A stretch of 63,999 nucleotides of DNA, filler included, from Albugo candida (GCA_040437565.1; 44 parts of 44 records of this genome joined end to end with filler, not necessarily neighbours in it), one strand, 5' to 3'; shown: positions 10,567 through 22,445, counted from the whole stretch's first letter. Translations and numbers: made by a program. The notes: generated by a model from the letters alone, not told the origin.

Positions 10567-11967
10567 GGTAGCAGACCCCGTGCGACTTGGTGCCTTGAAG
10601 GTAGCGGAAGATGCGCTTTACTGCAACCCAGTGCTCTTGTTGCGGATTCTCCATGAAGCGCGACACGTAACCCACAGCATACGCTATGTCTGGGCGGGTC
10701 GCGGTCATCAGGTGCATCAGAGCACCAACTGCTTCGCGAAACGGAGCGTCCACCTTGGTCCCATGGTTGCTAGGCACAAGTGGAGAGCTCAAGTCGACTG
10801 GACTAACAGTGGCCTTGCACTCGTCCATACCGAAGCGCTTAAGGATGTCGTCGACATAGCGGCGCTGGCACATGGTGACACTGCCGTCAGGTCCGTCGAC
10901 CAATTCGATGCCCAGCACAAAAGTGCACTTGCCGCTGTCGGTCATCTCGAAGCGCGTCTTGAGATCGGCCTTTGTCTGCGCGATCAAGTCGAGTGAGCTG
11001 CCTGTCACGAGCACGTCGTCCACGTAGACCAGCACCAGCACGCAGTGACCGTCGACCATCTTGATGTAGAGACACGGGTCGAATGCCGATACTTGAAATC
11101 CGATTGAGCACACGAAGTCGTCGAAAGTCTCGTTCCACACGCGCGACGCTTGCTTGAGACCGTAGATCGCTTTCACCAACTCGAGACAGTCGAAGTCGCC
11201 ATCCATCTCAACACCTTCTGGGATGTTGCAGAACACCTTTTCCTTCATCACTCCGTACAGGAATGCCGTCACCACGTCAAGTTGGTCGAGAGGCCAGTCG
11301 AAGTACTTGGTGATCGCAATTACCATGCGCAGTGTCACGTACTTGACCACCGGCGAGAATGTTTCGGTGTAGTCGATTCCGTACTTCTGCTTGAAGCCCT
11401 TCGCAACTAAACGCGCCTTGAACTTCTCGATCGATCCGCTTGCTTTGCGCTTGATCTTGAACACCCACTTGGTCCCAATAGCGCGTTGGTTACTCGGCAA
11501 CTTGGCAGCACGAAAGACACCGCGAAGTCGCATCGACTCGAGCTCGGCCCGAATGGCCTTGCGCCAGTGAACTTGATCAGGACCGCTGATCGCATCCTGA
11601 AACGTTGTAGGCTCAGCCAGATCAGTCGCCTCCACTGCATTAGCACTTGCACGCCAGAAAGTAGGAGGCGTGGAGTCATCATCTTGATCACTGATGTCCT
11701 CTTTTTCTTCTTCATCGTCGGTATATCTTGGATCTTCTCTGCCACTTGATCGACGTTTCTGGTGGCGATCGAATGAGCTGTCCGGTGCACTTGCTTCCTC
11801 CAACCCAGTTCGACGACGGGCTGGGCGCATAACGTTGTTGCTTGGCCGGTCCTTTCGCTTGCCGGTCTGTCTGTAGTTCGTCTGGCGCACATCGCTGTCG
11901 TTGATGTCGAGAAGATCGAGGTCCAACGTTGCATCATCGACTTCTTCACTTGATGGCTCCATCGAAA
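10567..11967 (-). mobile_element. pol: Ty1/Copia pol fragment (reverse transcriptase), GC-rich, oomycete-like
   Basis: EPTTFQDA, KWVFKIK, KARLVAKGFKQKYGIDYTETFSPV, QLDVVTAFLYG, KAIYGLKQA, YVDD, TRPDIAYAV. Confidence 0.96.
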
Positions 11968-12067
11968 NNNNNNNNNNNNNNNNNNNNNNNNNNNNNNNNN
12001 NNNNNNNNNNNTTAATTAATTAANNNNNNNNNNNNNNNNNNNNNNNNNNNNNNNNNNNNNNNNNNNN

Positions 12068-12178
12068 CACAAACGTCCTGATTGTCCCTTATTGAATCGT
12101 AATGTTGTTACCCCTGCTACTGGTTCAAATGCTGTTTCTATTGAAGGCGAGGGAAAAGCTATGGAGGGTCGCATTTAA
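12068..12178 (+). CDS. gag: Gag C-terminus (end of zinc knuckle), 5' partial
   Basis: HKRPDCPLLNRNVVTPATGSNAVSIEGEGKAMEGRI*; H-x4-C knuckle tail lies just upstream of a protease frame. Confidence 0.75.
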   Translation, partial: HKRPDCPLLNRNVVTPATGSNAVSIEGEGKAMEGRI

Positions 12179-12193
12179 AGGTAGCGACTCCTC
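12151..12193 (+). promoter_or_regulatory. Candidate programmed -1 ribosomal frameshift signal (G GGA AAA + hairpin)
   Basis: Heptamer at 12151-12157 is in X XXY YYZ register with gag. After a 5-nt spacer, GGAGGGTCGC (12163-12172) pairs with GCGACTCCTC (12184-12193). The -1 frame is open into the protease. Confidence 0.75.
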
Positions 12194-13466
12194 TTCAAAA
12201 CAAAAATCCTTTAAATGGTGCTGGTGGTGTTGCGTCTGATGCATCGAAATCTTCTGTAAATTTTATTGACAGTGCTGCTTCGATCAAGGTCTTTGATCAA
12301 TCGGTTAATAATGTGAAAAGAAGAAGAAATGTATTGGACGTTGGTGGTGCTGATGCCGGTGATAGTATTGGTGTTGGTGTTATGGCTGGTGCTGGTGCTG
12401 GTGCTGGTGTTTCTACTGGTGTGGGTGCTGGTATAGGTGTTGGTGGTAGTTCTAGTACTGTTGCTGTAAATGGTGAAGGTGTAATTAATAAAGTCAAGAA
12501 AAAGAAAACTAGAAGACCGGTTAAACATTTAAATGTCTCAGTTTATCAGCATAATGTTTTAGATATGTTGAAAAATGTTAATGCTGGTGTCTCTATTTTG
12601 GATTGGTTGACAGTTGATAAGAAAGCTTTAAATGATTTATCTGATGCTATTCGTACTCTCAAGGCTAGAAATAAGAAGACTAAAATTAATAATGATGGTA
12701 CTGTTACTTATTTTGCTGATAGAAAAGGGAAATCTAGAATGAATACTATTAATGCGGTGAATAATTGGGATGACGGTTATATCACAAGTGAAACTGAAAC
12801 CTCTTCTTCAGCAAGTAGTATGAATAGTGATGACGAAAATGAATCAAATTATTCTTCTTCATCAAATTCTTCTGAAATGTTATCTGTACTCTCTAAAGTA
12901 AAATATCCTTATGATCTTGAAGCTATGAGAAGAAGTGCTCCTTTGAAATGTCCCATTGCTGTTAATAATTATGTGGTTGATTGTACTATTGATTCTGGTG
13001 CATCTGTGAGTGTTATGAATGAAGGTCTTGCTCGTAAATTAGGATTGAAATTTTCTGGAGATCAAATGCACTTGGTGGGTTTTGATTCGAACAACGTTAA
13101 AAGAGCTCCTTGTAATATTTCTAAAGATGTTCCCGTGGTTATTGGTGGGCACTTGAGAGCCGAACATGTGTGTATTCAACCTTCTGAAGCTGGTAAGGAG
13201 GAAGAAGACTATTTTATTCTGGGTATGCCATTCTGTAAAGAATATTCTGTTACTGTTGATTGTGCGTCAAACATTATTTCTTTTCCTGTTGAATATGGTA
13301 CTGGTGTTGTTAACGATAATGACAAACACATTAAGGTTATGGTTCAAGGTTATTCTACTCATGATGTTGCAGTTGCTGATTTTGATAATGCCAAGTCTAC
13401 TAATAAGGTGTTTATGGTTCAAGTAGCCAAGGTGGATACTGATAACCAGGTTGTTCAAGATTTAAC
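12151..13466 (+). mobile_element. pol: LTR retrotransposon pol 5' part with retropepsin aspartic protease (3' partial)
   Basis: CTIDSGASVSVM and ILGMPF motifs; frame open from the slippery site to the contig end. Confidence 0.88.
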
Positions 13467-13682
13467 NNNNNNNNNNNNNNNNNNNNNNNNNNNNNNNNNN
13501 NNNNNNNNNNTTAATTAATTAANNNNNNNNNNNNNNNNNNNNNNNNNNNNNNNNNNNNNNNNNNNNATCAAAAAGATCGTTTTAATGTTTAAATGATTTC
13601 AGTAACGTTGATTCGTTTTTTTAACTAATTAAACAACAACAAAAACTAGTTCTACAATAAGTGGTGCAAAAGATTGTAAAAC

Positions 13683-13822
13683 GCATTGAACTTTGAGAGA
13701 GGAGAATGAGTGATGGTAAAAGGAGCATAAAATGAAACAGTCAAAAGCCATGAGGCAGACAAATATTTCGAAGTCACACTTTCATAAGCTGTAGTTTCTA
13801 GTGCATATTTTTCGGCTAATTA
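13683..13822 (-). repeat. Dispersed repeat shared with 25135-25275 and the end of 61348-62664
   Basis: AAAAGCCATGAGGCAGACAAATATTTCGAAGTCACACTTTCATAAGCTGTAGTTTCTAG is the reverse complement of sequence at about 25157-25215. Confidence 0.9.
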
Positions 13823-13965
13823 TACGCGCACCGTTTTTTCAGCAGTAAAAAAATAGTTTGCGCACCGTTTTTTTTAAAACTCAGATTTATAGCTGTGTAC
13901 TGCTAATTTCTACAGTTGGCATTTTTTGTTGGCGCACCGTTTTTTGTTGGCGCACCGTTTTTATT
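13823..13965. repeat. Subterminal array of GCGCACCGTTTTTT (4 copies); probable DNA transposon end
   Basis: Motif near 13826, 13860, 13932 and 13950, downstream of the OTU-like ORF. Confidence 0.7.
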
Positions 13966-14084
13966 TTTGCAGCAAAAAATGTGAAGTATGACAATGGTCA
14001 ATGGCAATAAAGATAAAATATAGTTTATTTGTTATAATATAATTAAGAAATATAATTTGAATAAGATATACTAAGAAAAAATGT

Positions 14085-14965
14085 CTAAAAAAAATTTCTA
14101 TAGAAGCCGGTAAAATCCATACACGCATCTTTATGAGCATCCATTGTCGTTGCGTGAAGAACGTTGATAGTAACTGGCCAGCGAGTGTAAGGCTCACTTA
14201 CACTGTTTGTAATTTTGACATCACGTACAACTGTAAGAAAATGTCTATCAACGTTCAACAAAATGATAGGATCATATTGATAGTTAATGTCCAAGTCAAA
14301 CAAAGGAACGAACGTCACTCTTTCCTTATTGTACATTGCGTTTCCATAAGTGTCTGTTTCAACACCAGTGGCCTGAAACTGCCTTTTTGATGAACTGAGC
14401 ATTACAACAGGTCTTCTAAACGTATCAGCTATAATTTGAGGATAGACCATAGTGTCAAACCAATATTCCTCGTCACATTCTTCTTCCTCAAAATCCAATT
14501 TATCAATCACGTAGTCTGCGGAGGGAAATTCTCGTAAAATAGATATGTATGTTTCGTAAACTTCTTTTTTGTTGGTCACTGTTGTTTTCATCATTCTCTT
14601 CACTTTAACCCAGGAGCTCTCCAAACCAAATACTGCAAGAGCTACAGCGCGAGGACCACAATTACCATCCCCTCTGGGATCCAGTACTGCAACAGTGTCT
14701 TTAGCATCATCATCAGTCATCTTGACATTGAATAACAACTGGTTAGAAGCACAAGTGTGAACTCCTCCGGTAGGATTGTATCTTTATAATGCAATACATA
14801 TAACTGTAATTAGTATTGCTGTAACCAAGATAGAAAAAAATTGATTAAAGAAGAACTTACTTGGCTTTCAACATATTGACTGTCTCTTCAGAAGGCACTT
14901 TGTATCTGATTTCAACAGCAGGATTCTTATCAGCAGGATTCTTACCAGCAGGATTCTTATCAGCA
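14085..14965 (-). CDS. OTU-like cysteine protease domain at the C-terminus of a probable MULE-associated protein (5' partial, intron about 14782-14860)
   Basis: DPRGDGNCGPRAVALAVFG (D-G-N-C-x-x-R-A), WF...PQIIADTFRRPV, distal HF. GTAAG donor at 14860. Confidence 0.7.
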
Positions 14966-15066
14966 NNNNNNNNNNNNNNNNNNNNNNNNNNNNNNNNNNN
15001 NNNNNNNNNTTAATTAATTAANNNNNNNNNNNNNNNNNNNNNNNNNNNNNNNNNNNNNNNNNNNNT

Positions 15067-16115
15067 ACAAATAAGAGAGTTAACGAGGTCGTTAACGAAA
15101 ACAAAAGATTAAAAAAAGAAATTGAAGAGTTAAAAAAATTATAAAAGATAATAATATAAAAACAGTAACAAAAAAAGATAATAGTATTAAAGGAAAAGAA
15201 AAAGAGTTTATTCGGGATAAAAATAATAACATGGTATTAGATAACACTAACCGATTTAATTCTATTGCAGTAGAACCCACTATTGAACCTCGTGAAACAA
15301 ATGTACCCGTTGTAGCTCTAAATGAATATGAGTACCCATCCCTACCAACAACTACCAACAAGCCAGTGTTTCAAAAAGAATCCAACAATGCATGGACTAA
15401 AAAATTGAGAAACAAATTTTTTAGAAGTAACAACCCTTCAAAAAAACAAAATATCGCAGCAACAAGAACCTTCGAAACTAAAGTAGAAGAAAACAATTTC
15501 ATTAACGTGTATTTACCATGTAAAAGAAGATTACCACCCTCTGAAATTAGAAAAAAGTTATCATTCATGGGTATTGACAATGTACAGGTACTTGATACGT
15601 ATTGCCCTGATTGGGATACGGTATTACTTTTGATTCACGAGAAATATAAAGAGACATTTGAAGCAAAAATTGAAAAAGCAGGTATATCACAGAAATATTA
15701 TGATTATCTTCATGTGTCGCACTTAAGGGATCCAAAATATAAAGATTTGACAGATGTAGAAAAAGTCGAAAAGCTGAAGCAGATTAGAAATAACTGTAGT
15801 ATGAGAGCTTTAACCTATATTCGTAACCCAGTAAAGAAAACAGTTGCTCGGTGTTTCTATAGAAAAGAGTTTATCAGTGAGGAACAATTAAAACAGGTAT
15901 TAACAGGTCATCGAATTGAAGATGTAAGAAATACATTTAGTAATGACAATGTTAACAATGGGGAAGAAGTATTGGTAAAAGAAGCAGAAAATAATAATAT
16001 GGAAATAGATGAAAACGAAAACGAAAATGTAGTAGCAGAAAAAAATATTTTAGACCAAAGTTCTTCAACAGAAGAATTAACAGGTACACAACAACAAGCC
16101 ACAACTGATATCTAA
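15067..16115 (+). CDS. LINE ORF1 (5' partial; apparent 1-nt frameshift in the poly-A run near 15132-15138)
   Basis: Coiled-coil start NENKRLKKEIEELKK in another frame, then a 294-aa ORF that ends 1 nt before the endonuclease ORF. Confidence 0.75.
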
Positions 16116-16116
16116 T

Positions 16117-16461
16117 ATGTGTGATGAGCACGTATTAGGAATTACCTTGTGGAACAGTCAGGGTATAACAATGGAGTCTATTGACTTCACTTTACAAAAT
16201 ATAAATACAAAAACACAATTATTTTTTATTACAGAAACATGGCTTTTAGCACCAAAAAAATTAAATACACAATGGAAACAAGTACATAACTATGGACGCA
16301 AAGTACAGAATGCATATAGAGGCGAATTTGGAATTTCACTCCTTATAAATCCAGATTTTCCCTTTACAGTCATTACAGATACACCAACCTCACATTATGC
16401 TTTAACATGTAGAATTAATAATTATATCATTATATGCTTTTATTTACCACCTTCATTATCA
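16117..16461 (+). mobile_element. LINE ORF2 start: APE-type endonuclease (3' partial)
   Basis: ITLWNSQG, FITETWL, GISLLI, CFYLPPS are APE motifs. Confidence 0.85.
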
Positions 16462-16561
16462 NNNNNNNNNNNNNNNNNNNNNNNNNNNNNNNNNNNNNNN
16501 NNNNNTTAATTAATTAANNNNNNNNNNNNNNNNNNNNNNNNNNNNNNNNNNNNNNNNNNNN

Positions 16562-17937
16562 ATCATACAAAGCTCAGCATGACGAACGTTATCACCAGAA
16601 ATGAACAAAACTGGCGCAAAGACCAAGACCTTCTCATCAAACTCCTTGCTGTACATTATGACACCTTTTTCTAATTTTTGCAAATTTTTAACAATAGGGC
16701 CAGCGGTTTCGACGGCAGAAAGAGCATGATGGGTTGTAACAAAATACTGGTTTTCATATTTGTTTCTGTCTTTTAAACACATAGCAGCGAAGTTCATGAT
16801 CCAGCTATCGTAAGCATTCCATTTCTTGGATTGATTGCCGCTAGTATCATCTGTAAAAAAGTTGACAGGAACGATAATAACCTTCAACTTGTGCTGCTCA
16901 GGTGTGATTGTACCATTGATGACTGCCTTCATGGATCTTTCTTTGATATCCTTAGCTTTCCTGAATAAAACATCATGATATTGATTCAATGGCGATCCAG
17001 TACCAGCGTTCTCGGTGGGAATATCGATTCGTAAATATCTATCATATTCAACACTTTTGAATGTTTGTTCTTCATCTAAAAGGTAAGGATTAACGGAAAC
17101 AATCATAGAAACGTCAAATGAAACAGCAGTAACTTGAACTCCTTTTTTGTTAGGCTCGAGAGAAGAACCACGCAAAGAACCAATTCTATACCCTTCAAAC
17201 TTTGTGATACCGTCTTGAGTATAGAAACTTGAAATAGCAAAAGTTTCATTGCTGTTTCTCACAGAAACTTTATCGCCAACCCACAAATCAAACATACTTT
17301 GCCCTTGGCCTTGACTAATAAATGGGGATTGGAAAAACTCGTTCTTGGTCCATTTATCGCCTTGATTCAAAGAAGTACGAACGTTCTTGGTACGATCAGG
17401 GAGGGTGTGAATCTGCTTGCCTTTTTCAGGGTTGCCCATCAAGAGTTTGATGATTTCCTCAGGTTTGTTCATGTACATGGTCACGTTCTTATCATTTTTC
17501 TTCATAGTTCTTCTTGATGAGTTAAAAACTGGGATGTTGTTTCCTTTTCTTTTATGATAATTAAAAATGGCATCAGGCGCAGGAACATCTTTCAAAGGAT
17601 TAAAGTCATTCATATTTGTTGCTGCGGTTCGGTTTTTGTGCGAAGCAACAATCATAGCTTTGGTGAATGCAATAATTTTTTTTGTCATTCTTTCGGAAAA
17701 CCGATCTTGACCAGACTTAAAAAAAAGCATAGTAAGCATATGCATTTCATTGAAAAAAGGATAGTATTCAGGAATTGTTTGAATAGTATTCAATCTTTCG
17801 TCGTACGCAGTTTGTCTATTGTTTGAAGTAACAGGAGGCGTAGCGGGGGCTTGCTCTTCAAAATCATCATCATCAGATCCATACTGAAGTTCGACTGGTT
17901 CTTCCTCCTCAATCTCATCTTCAACTTCAGTTTCCCA
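16562..17937 (-). mobile_element. Partial DDE-type transposase of the 'DDTSGN-x-SKKWN' family (probably CMC/EnSpm-related)
   Basis: Frame open across the whole contig; IIVPVNFFTDDTSGNQSKKWNAYDSW, LEKGVIMY, PVLFISGDNVRHAELC. Confidence 0.65.
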
Positions 17938-18215
17938 ANNNNNNNNNNNNNNNNNNNNNNNNNNNNNNNNNNNNNNNNNNNNTTAATTAATTAANNNNNN
18001 NNNNNNNNNNNNNNNNNNNNNNNNNNNNNNNNNNNNNNACGTCCGCCTTGTCTTCATTTCTAAACGTGTGAGAGTTGGAAATAACGATTCATATAACTGA
18101 GGGCATTATCGCATTTGCTTGCTTTAGATCGTTTAGTGCTTCTAGTAACCTCCCGCCGATTAGACAGAGTCTAATTCTTAACGATCACTTGACGTTGACC
18201 AGTACTCATAGTAAC

Positions 18216-19343
18216 TTACATACCGAGCTGCTCCGAGTCCATATACTTTTTGAAGGGTGTCACCGGTAGCAAAGTGGTAGTTTGAGTCTTTGCTTTACAG
18301 CCCAGTTTCGCTGGTACTTTGGGTAGCAAACGCAAACAGCTTACAGGGCCTTTGAATAATTTCATTGTGTGGAGAGTTTGGCGGCTGTAGACGTCCCACA
18401 CGCGAACTGTGCTATCTGCTGAACCTGAATACAACAAACTACCGCAGGCACTCACTTGCAACGCTGTGATCGAATCTTCGTGCCCGCAGAGAAAGTTGGA
18501 AAGTAAGGAGGTATGCCCGTTCTTGTTGGAAGCTTTTTCTTGAACAATTCGAGCCATTGCAGCTGTATTGGCTGCAGCTGCTGTATGTAAATCGATACAG
18601 TAGATTTTCCCGTCTCCGCAACCAGCAAAAAGATGCTGTTCTAATTCATCACTGAGGCATACATTCACAAAGGACGGAAGAGTGATACTATACAGACACT
18701 GCTTTGAAAACAGACTCCATATTTTGCACGTGCGATCAAGTGACGAGGTGTATACGCGACCATTGACACCTCCTTGACTCGTGTGGATACTCGTTACTGG
18801 AAGAACATGATCTGTCCATGACACAAGACTTGACATACTTTGGAAGCTTGTGCTCGCATCCGATTCTTCAAGGATGTCAACTAGTCGCCAAACATGTACA
18901 ATGGCATCTTCTCCGGCTGTCACGAGATGAGAATCGTCACTTGTTAAAGCAATCGCTCGGACACCTTTGTAGTGAGCGTCCCAAACAGCCACAAGCTGCC
19001 CTGTTTTGACGTCCCATACGTACACTTTGCCAGAACTCTGAGCTCCGGCAAACACGAAATTACCACATTGCGTCACACATACAGGTCCAAGCTTCTCAGC
19101 GACATGACATTTGAATATAGGTGACGCGTGCGACCAAGAGTATAGATGAATAACCAGTTTATTGGCCTGAATGCACACAAGCGACTCTGTTCTTGGAATC
19201 ACTTGGATGCCGAGTTGACTGGGACGACACTGCTTGAAGCAGAATAATTGAGCACCATTCATTGCATTCACCATATGAAGTTCCGTTTCGTGACTTGAAC
19301 CGATCAGCAGAGCTTGATTTTGCACGGAACAAGATGTCATCAT
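18216..19343 (-). CDS. IPI3: WD40 protein IPI3/WDR18 (Rix1 complex, pre-rRNA processing); probably spliced at GTATGT near 18223 rather than ending at 18216
   Basis: GKVYVWDVKTGQL...WDAHYKGV...DDSHLVTAGEDAIVHVW, WTDHVLPVT, GGVNGRVYTSSLDRTCKIW are characteristic of WDR18/Ipi3. Confidence 0.88.
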   Translation of the reverse strand: MMTSCSVQNQALLIGSSHETELHMVNAMNGAQLFCFKQCRPSQLGIQVIPRTESLVCIQANKLVIHLYSWSHASPIFKCHVAEKLGPVCVTQCGNFVFAGAQSSGKVYVWDVKTGQLVAVWDAHYKGVRAIALTSDDSHLVTAGEDAIVHVWRLVDILEESDASTSFQSMSSLVSWTDHVLPVTSIHTSQGGVNGRVYTSSLDRTCKIWSLFSKQCLYSITLPSFVNVCLSDELEQHLFAGCGDGKIYCIDLHTAAAANTAAMARIVQEKASNKNGHTSLLSNFLCGHEDSITALQVSACGSLLYSGSADSTVRVWDVYSRQTLHTMKLFKGPVSCLRLLPKVPAKLGCKAKTQTTTLLPVTPFKKYMDSEQLGM

Positions 19344-19509
19344 TATAGCCAGCGATTTGGTCGTCCTATTTTGTGTGTTTCCTGTAAATTTGGATAATAC
19401 GAACTCTNNNNNNNNNNNNNNNNNNNNNNNNNNNNNNNNNNNNNNNNNNNNTTAATTAATTAANNNNNNNNNNNNNNNNNNNNNNNNNNNNNNNNNNNNN
19501 NNNNNNNCA

Positions 19510-20876
19510 CAAAATGTTGAATATTTAAGAGCAGAAAGAAATTCGTTACAAGAACAACTTTTACAACTTGAAGAGATTAAAAAAGAGAAATTTGTATTAC
19601 AAGTGGAAAATGCTAATTTAGTATCAGAAAGACAAGCTTGGACTCGTTATTTAGAATCCAAACCAGAATATAATCAAAAATCACCAGCAACTATTATTCA
19701 TGAATTATCTAAAGAAGCGAACGAATCAAAGTACTTGAAGAGTCAAATGGAACAATTACAATTACAATTGGAACAACAATATAAATTGAATAGTTTATTA
19801 GAAGATCAATCAGATGAAATAAAACAAATTGTATTGGAAAATAAGAAATTAAAAGCATTATCAGAAGCAGATCAAGCATTGTTTACCAAGAGAGAAGATG
19901 TATTAAAGAAACATGTGTCTATTTTACAAGGTCAATTACAGTTGTATGATGATGAAGAAAAGAATAATATGGAAAATTATGATTCAAAAAAAGCGTTACG
20001 TATTGCTCAATTAGAATTACTTTTAAGAGAAGTTGAAAATCAATTTAAATCTCAAGCACAAGAGATTAAACAATCCATACAATTACCAACCACCGTCACA
20101 TCTTTTGAAGAACTTACTTCAGGTAAAAAAATAGTGGAATTTATTAAAGAATTACATCATGTACCTAAACAAAAAGAAGAAGAAAAAGAAGAACCTCGTA
20201 TCCTTTCACTTATCGATAATCCAGCTACAAAAGCACAAGCGATTCGTAAAGAATTATTAACCCGATTACAAAAAGAAAATGAAGATTTATTAAAACTTCA
20301 ACTCAACAAGAATAATGCAGAAACAGTGGTTATCCCTTCAAGTACTTATATGAATTTACAAAAACAAATTGCTTCTTCAGAAAAACGTATTGCAAGACTT
20401 CATATGGTGATGAAAAATCAAATTACAGAAGAAAGAGAACATGTTGCAAAACTCTTTGGTTATCGTATGTTTAGAAGATCAGAAGAAGGTATTACACGCG
20501 TAGAATCGATTTATGTAAATGGAAATGAATTGGCTTTTCTTGTCAAAGCAAAAGAAGATGAAATAGATGGAGATTATATTTTACGTATTGTGGGTTCCAA
20601 TAAGGAAATGTACATGACATTATTAAAAGACGTGTATCATACTTATATTGTCTCTCGAAATCATTTGGCTGCTTTCTTTTCTGCTTCTGCATTAGAATTG
20701 TATATGCAAAGTACTATGATACAAGAAGAAGAAGAAGAAGATACGTCTATGATGTATGAGTATGAAGAGGTTGTTCCTGAAGAAGAAGAGGAAGAAGACG
20801 TGATGAGTGGTGATTCACAAGAAGAAGAAGGGTATGATTTAATTGAAGCAGATTACTCTGATGATGAAGAATTACA
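19510..20876 (+). CDS. MAD1: Spindle assembly checkpoint protein Mad1, C-terminal half (partial at both ends)
   Basis: Long coiled coil; Mad2-interaction-like RILSLIDNPA followed by LTRLQKENEDLL; EKRIARLH...EEREHVAKLFGY matches Mad1 'EKRxxRLK...EFRxxVxxLxGY'; VESIY RWD-like domain. Confidence 0.82.
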
Positions 20877-20976
20877 NNNNNNNNNNNNNNNNNNNNNNNN
20901 NNNNNNNNNNNNNNNNNNNNTTAATTAATTAANNNNNNNNNNNNNNNNNNNNNNNNNNNNNNNNNNNNNNNNNNNN

Positions 20977-22344
20977 GTGTCGAGTCACCCGAGGTGGGCG
21001 ACGTCGACCCTTGGCACCACCCTTCGAACCGCCTTGACCGCGACGGCGACGACTCGAGCGATGGCTGGTGCGCTGCTGCAGCTGCTTCTGCGGACCGTGC
21101 TGCCGTGCAGGGTGCTTGTCCTGCCGACGCGTGGCTGCAGTTGGGCGATGGGAGCGAGGCGGCGCGTAGTGCTGGGACTGGGAGTAAGGCTGCAACTCAT
21201 CATAGAGTGCATACGGGAGGGCTGTGATGTAGCCCTCCGCCTCCTCCCAGTCACAGGCATCCGTTATCTTGGCAGCTAGCTTCGCAGCTAGCCGCTCTAC
21301 CACCCTGCCCGCAGCCTCTTGTTCTTCGTCGTCCATCTTGCGCAGTCGCAGGCGCGAGCGGCGTTGAGGAACCGCGTCGGCACCCACACTCATCGCTGCA
21401 TACACCTCGCCATCATCGATGTCCCCCATGTCGTCATCATCGGCGGGGCTCGGGGGAACATCGGCGCCCACCGCGACATGCGGTGTGGCAGGCGGAGGTG
21501 CAGCCGCGGGTGCAGGGGCCGTCGTGGAGGTGGAGGTGCAACCATGGCCATCGGTATGCACCCCACACTCCAACTTGGTGGCGCGGCGGTCAAGGGCGGC
21601 GTTGGCAAGGCGGTCGGCGTGACCATTGGCCTGCCTGTCGATCGGATGAAGCGTGGCCCGCTCCATCCGCGCCAGCTCAACCTTGACCGCGGCCCTCAAC
21701 TGCCGTAGGCGCGTGTTGCGCGTGGCGAAGATGCCACGCACCTGCTGGATGACCAGCGAGCTGTCACCCTCGATCCGCAGGCGCGTGACACCGTGGTCGG
21801 CGGCAGCCCGTGCGCCGAGCAGCAGCGCGGTGTACTCTGCCGTGTTGTTGGTGCCGCTGCTGCTCGGCATGTAGTGGGAGCAAGTCCACACTACGGGGCC
21901 GCTGGGCTTGAACAGCGCAGCCCCTGCGCCGCCAGGTCCAGGGTTGGACCGGCAGGCACCGTCGAAGCGCAACAGCCACTCGCCATCCTTGTCTTCAGCG
22001 TCTTCCTCTTCGTCGCTGTCACCTGCCTTGGTCTCCTCTACCTCGGTGAGCTCTGGAGGGAGGAGACGGTCGGCGATCCTTGACGCCACCACGCTGCGAG
22101 GCAGTGGCGGCCCCCAACGTGGAGCAGGAGCCTCGGCGAGACGCGACGCAACGCGAGAAGCAACCAGCTCACGGGGTAGCGGGGCGCTCCATCTTGACAC
22201 CGACGACCTGTCTGCAGTGGTGCTCGCTTGTGGGGGGGACACAGCGAGCACCGTCGGGACTTGGTGGGGCAGCACGAGCTCGGGCTTGGCCGCCGTAGCG
22301 CTGGAGCAAGCTGCACCAGCAGTGGAGCTGAGATCCCCTGCTGC
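20977..22344 (-). mobile_element. Archaeal-type RNase H domain of an oomycete-like non-LTR retrotransposon (Utopia-like), partial
   Basis: LRFDGACRSNPGPGGAGA, TNNTAEYTALLLG, IEGDSSLV, RQANGHADRLAN. Very GC-rich, within a long frame that continues downstream of the RNase H. Confidence 0.8.
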
Positions 22345-22445
22345 NNNNNNNNNNNNNNNNNNNNNNNNNNNNNNNNNNNNNNNNNNNNTTAATTAATTAA
22401 NNNNNNNNNNNNNNNNNNNNNNNNNNNNNNNNNNNNNNNNNNNNC

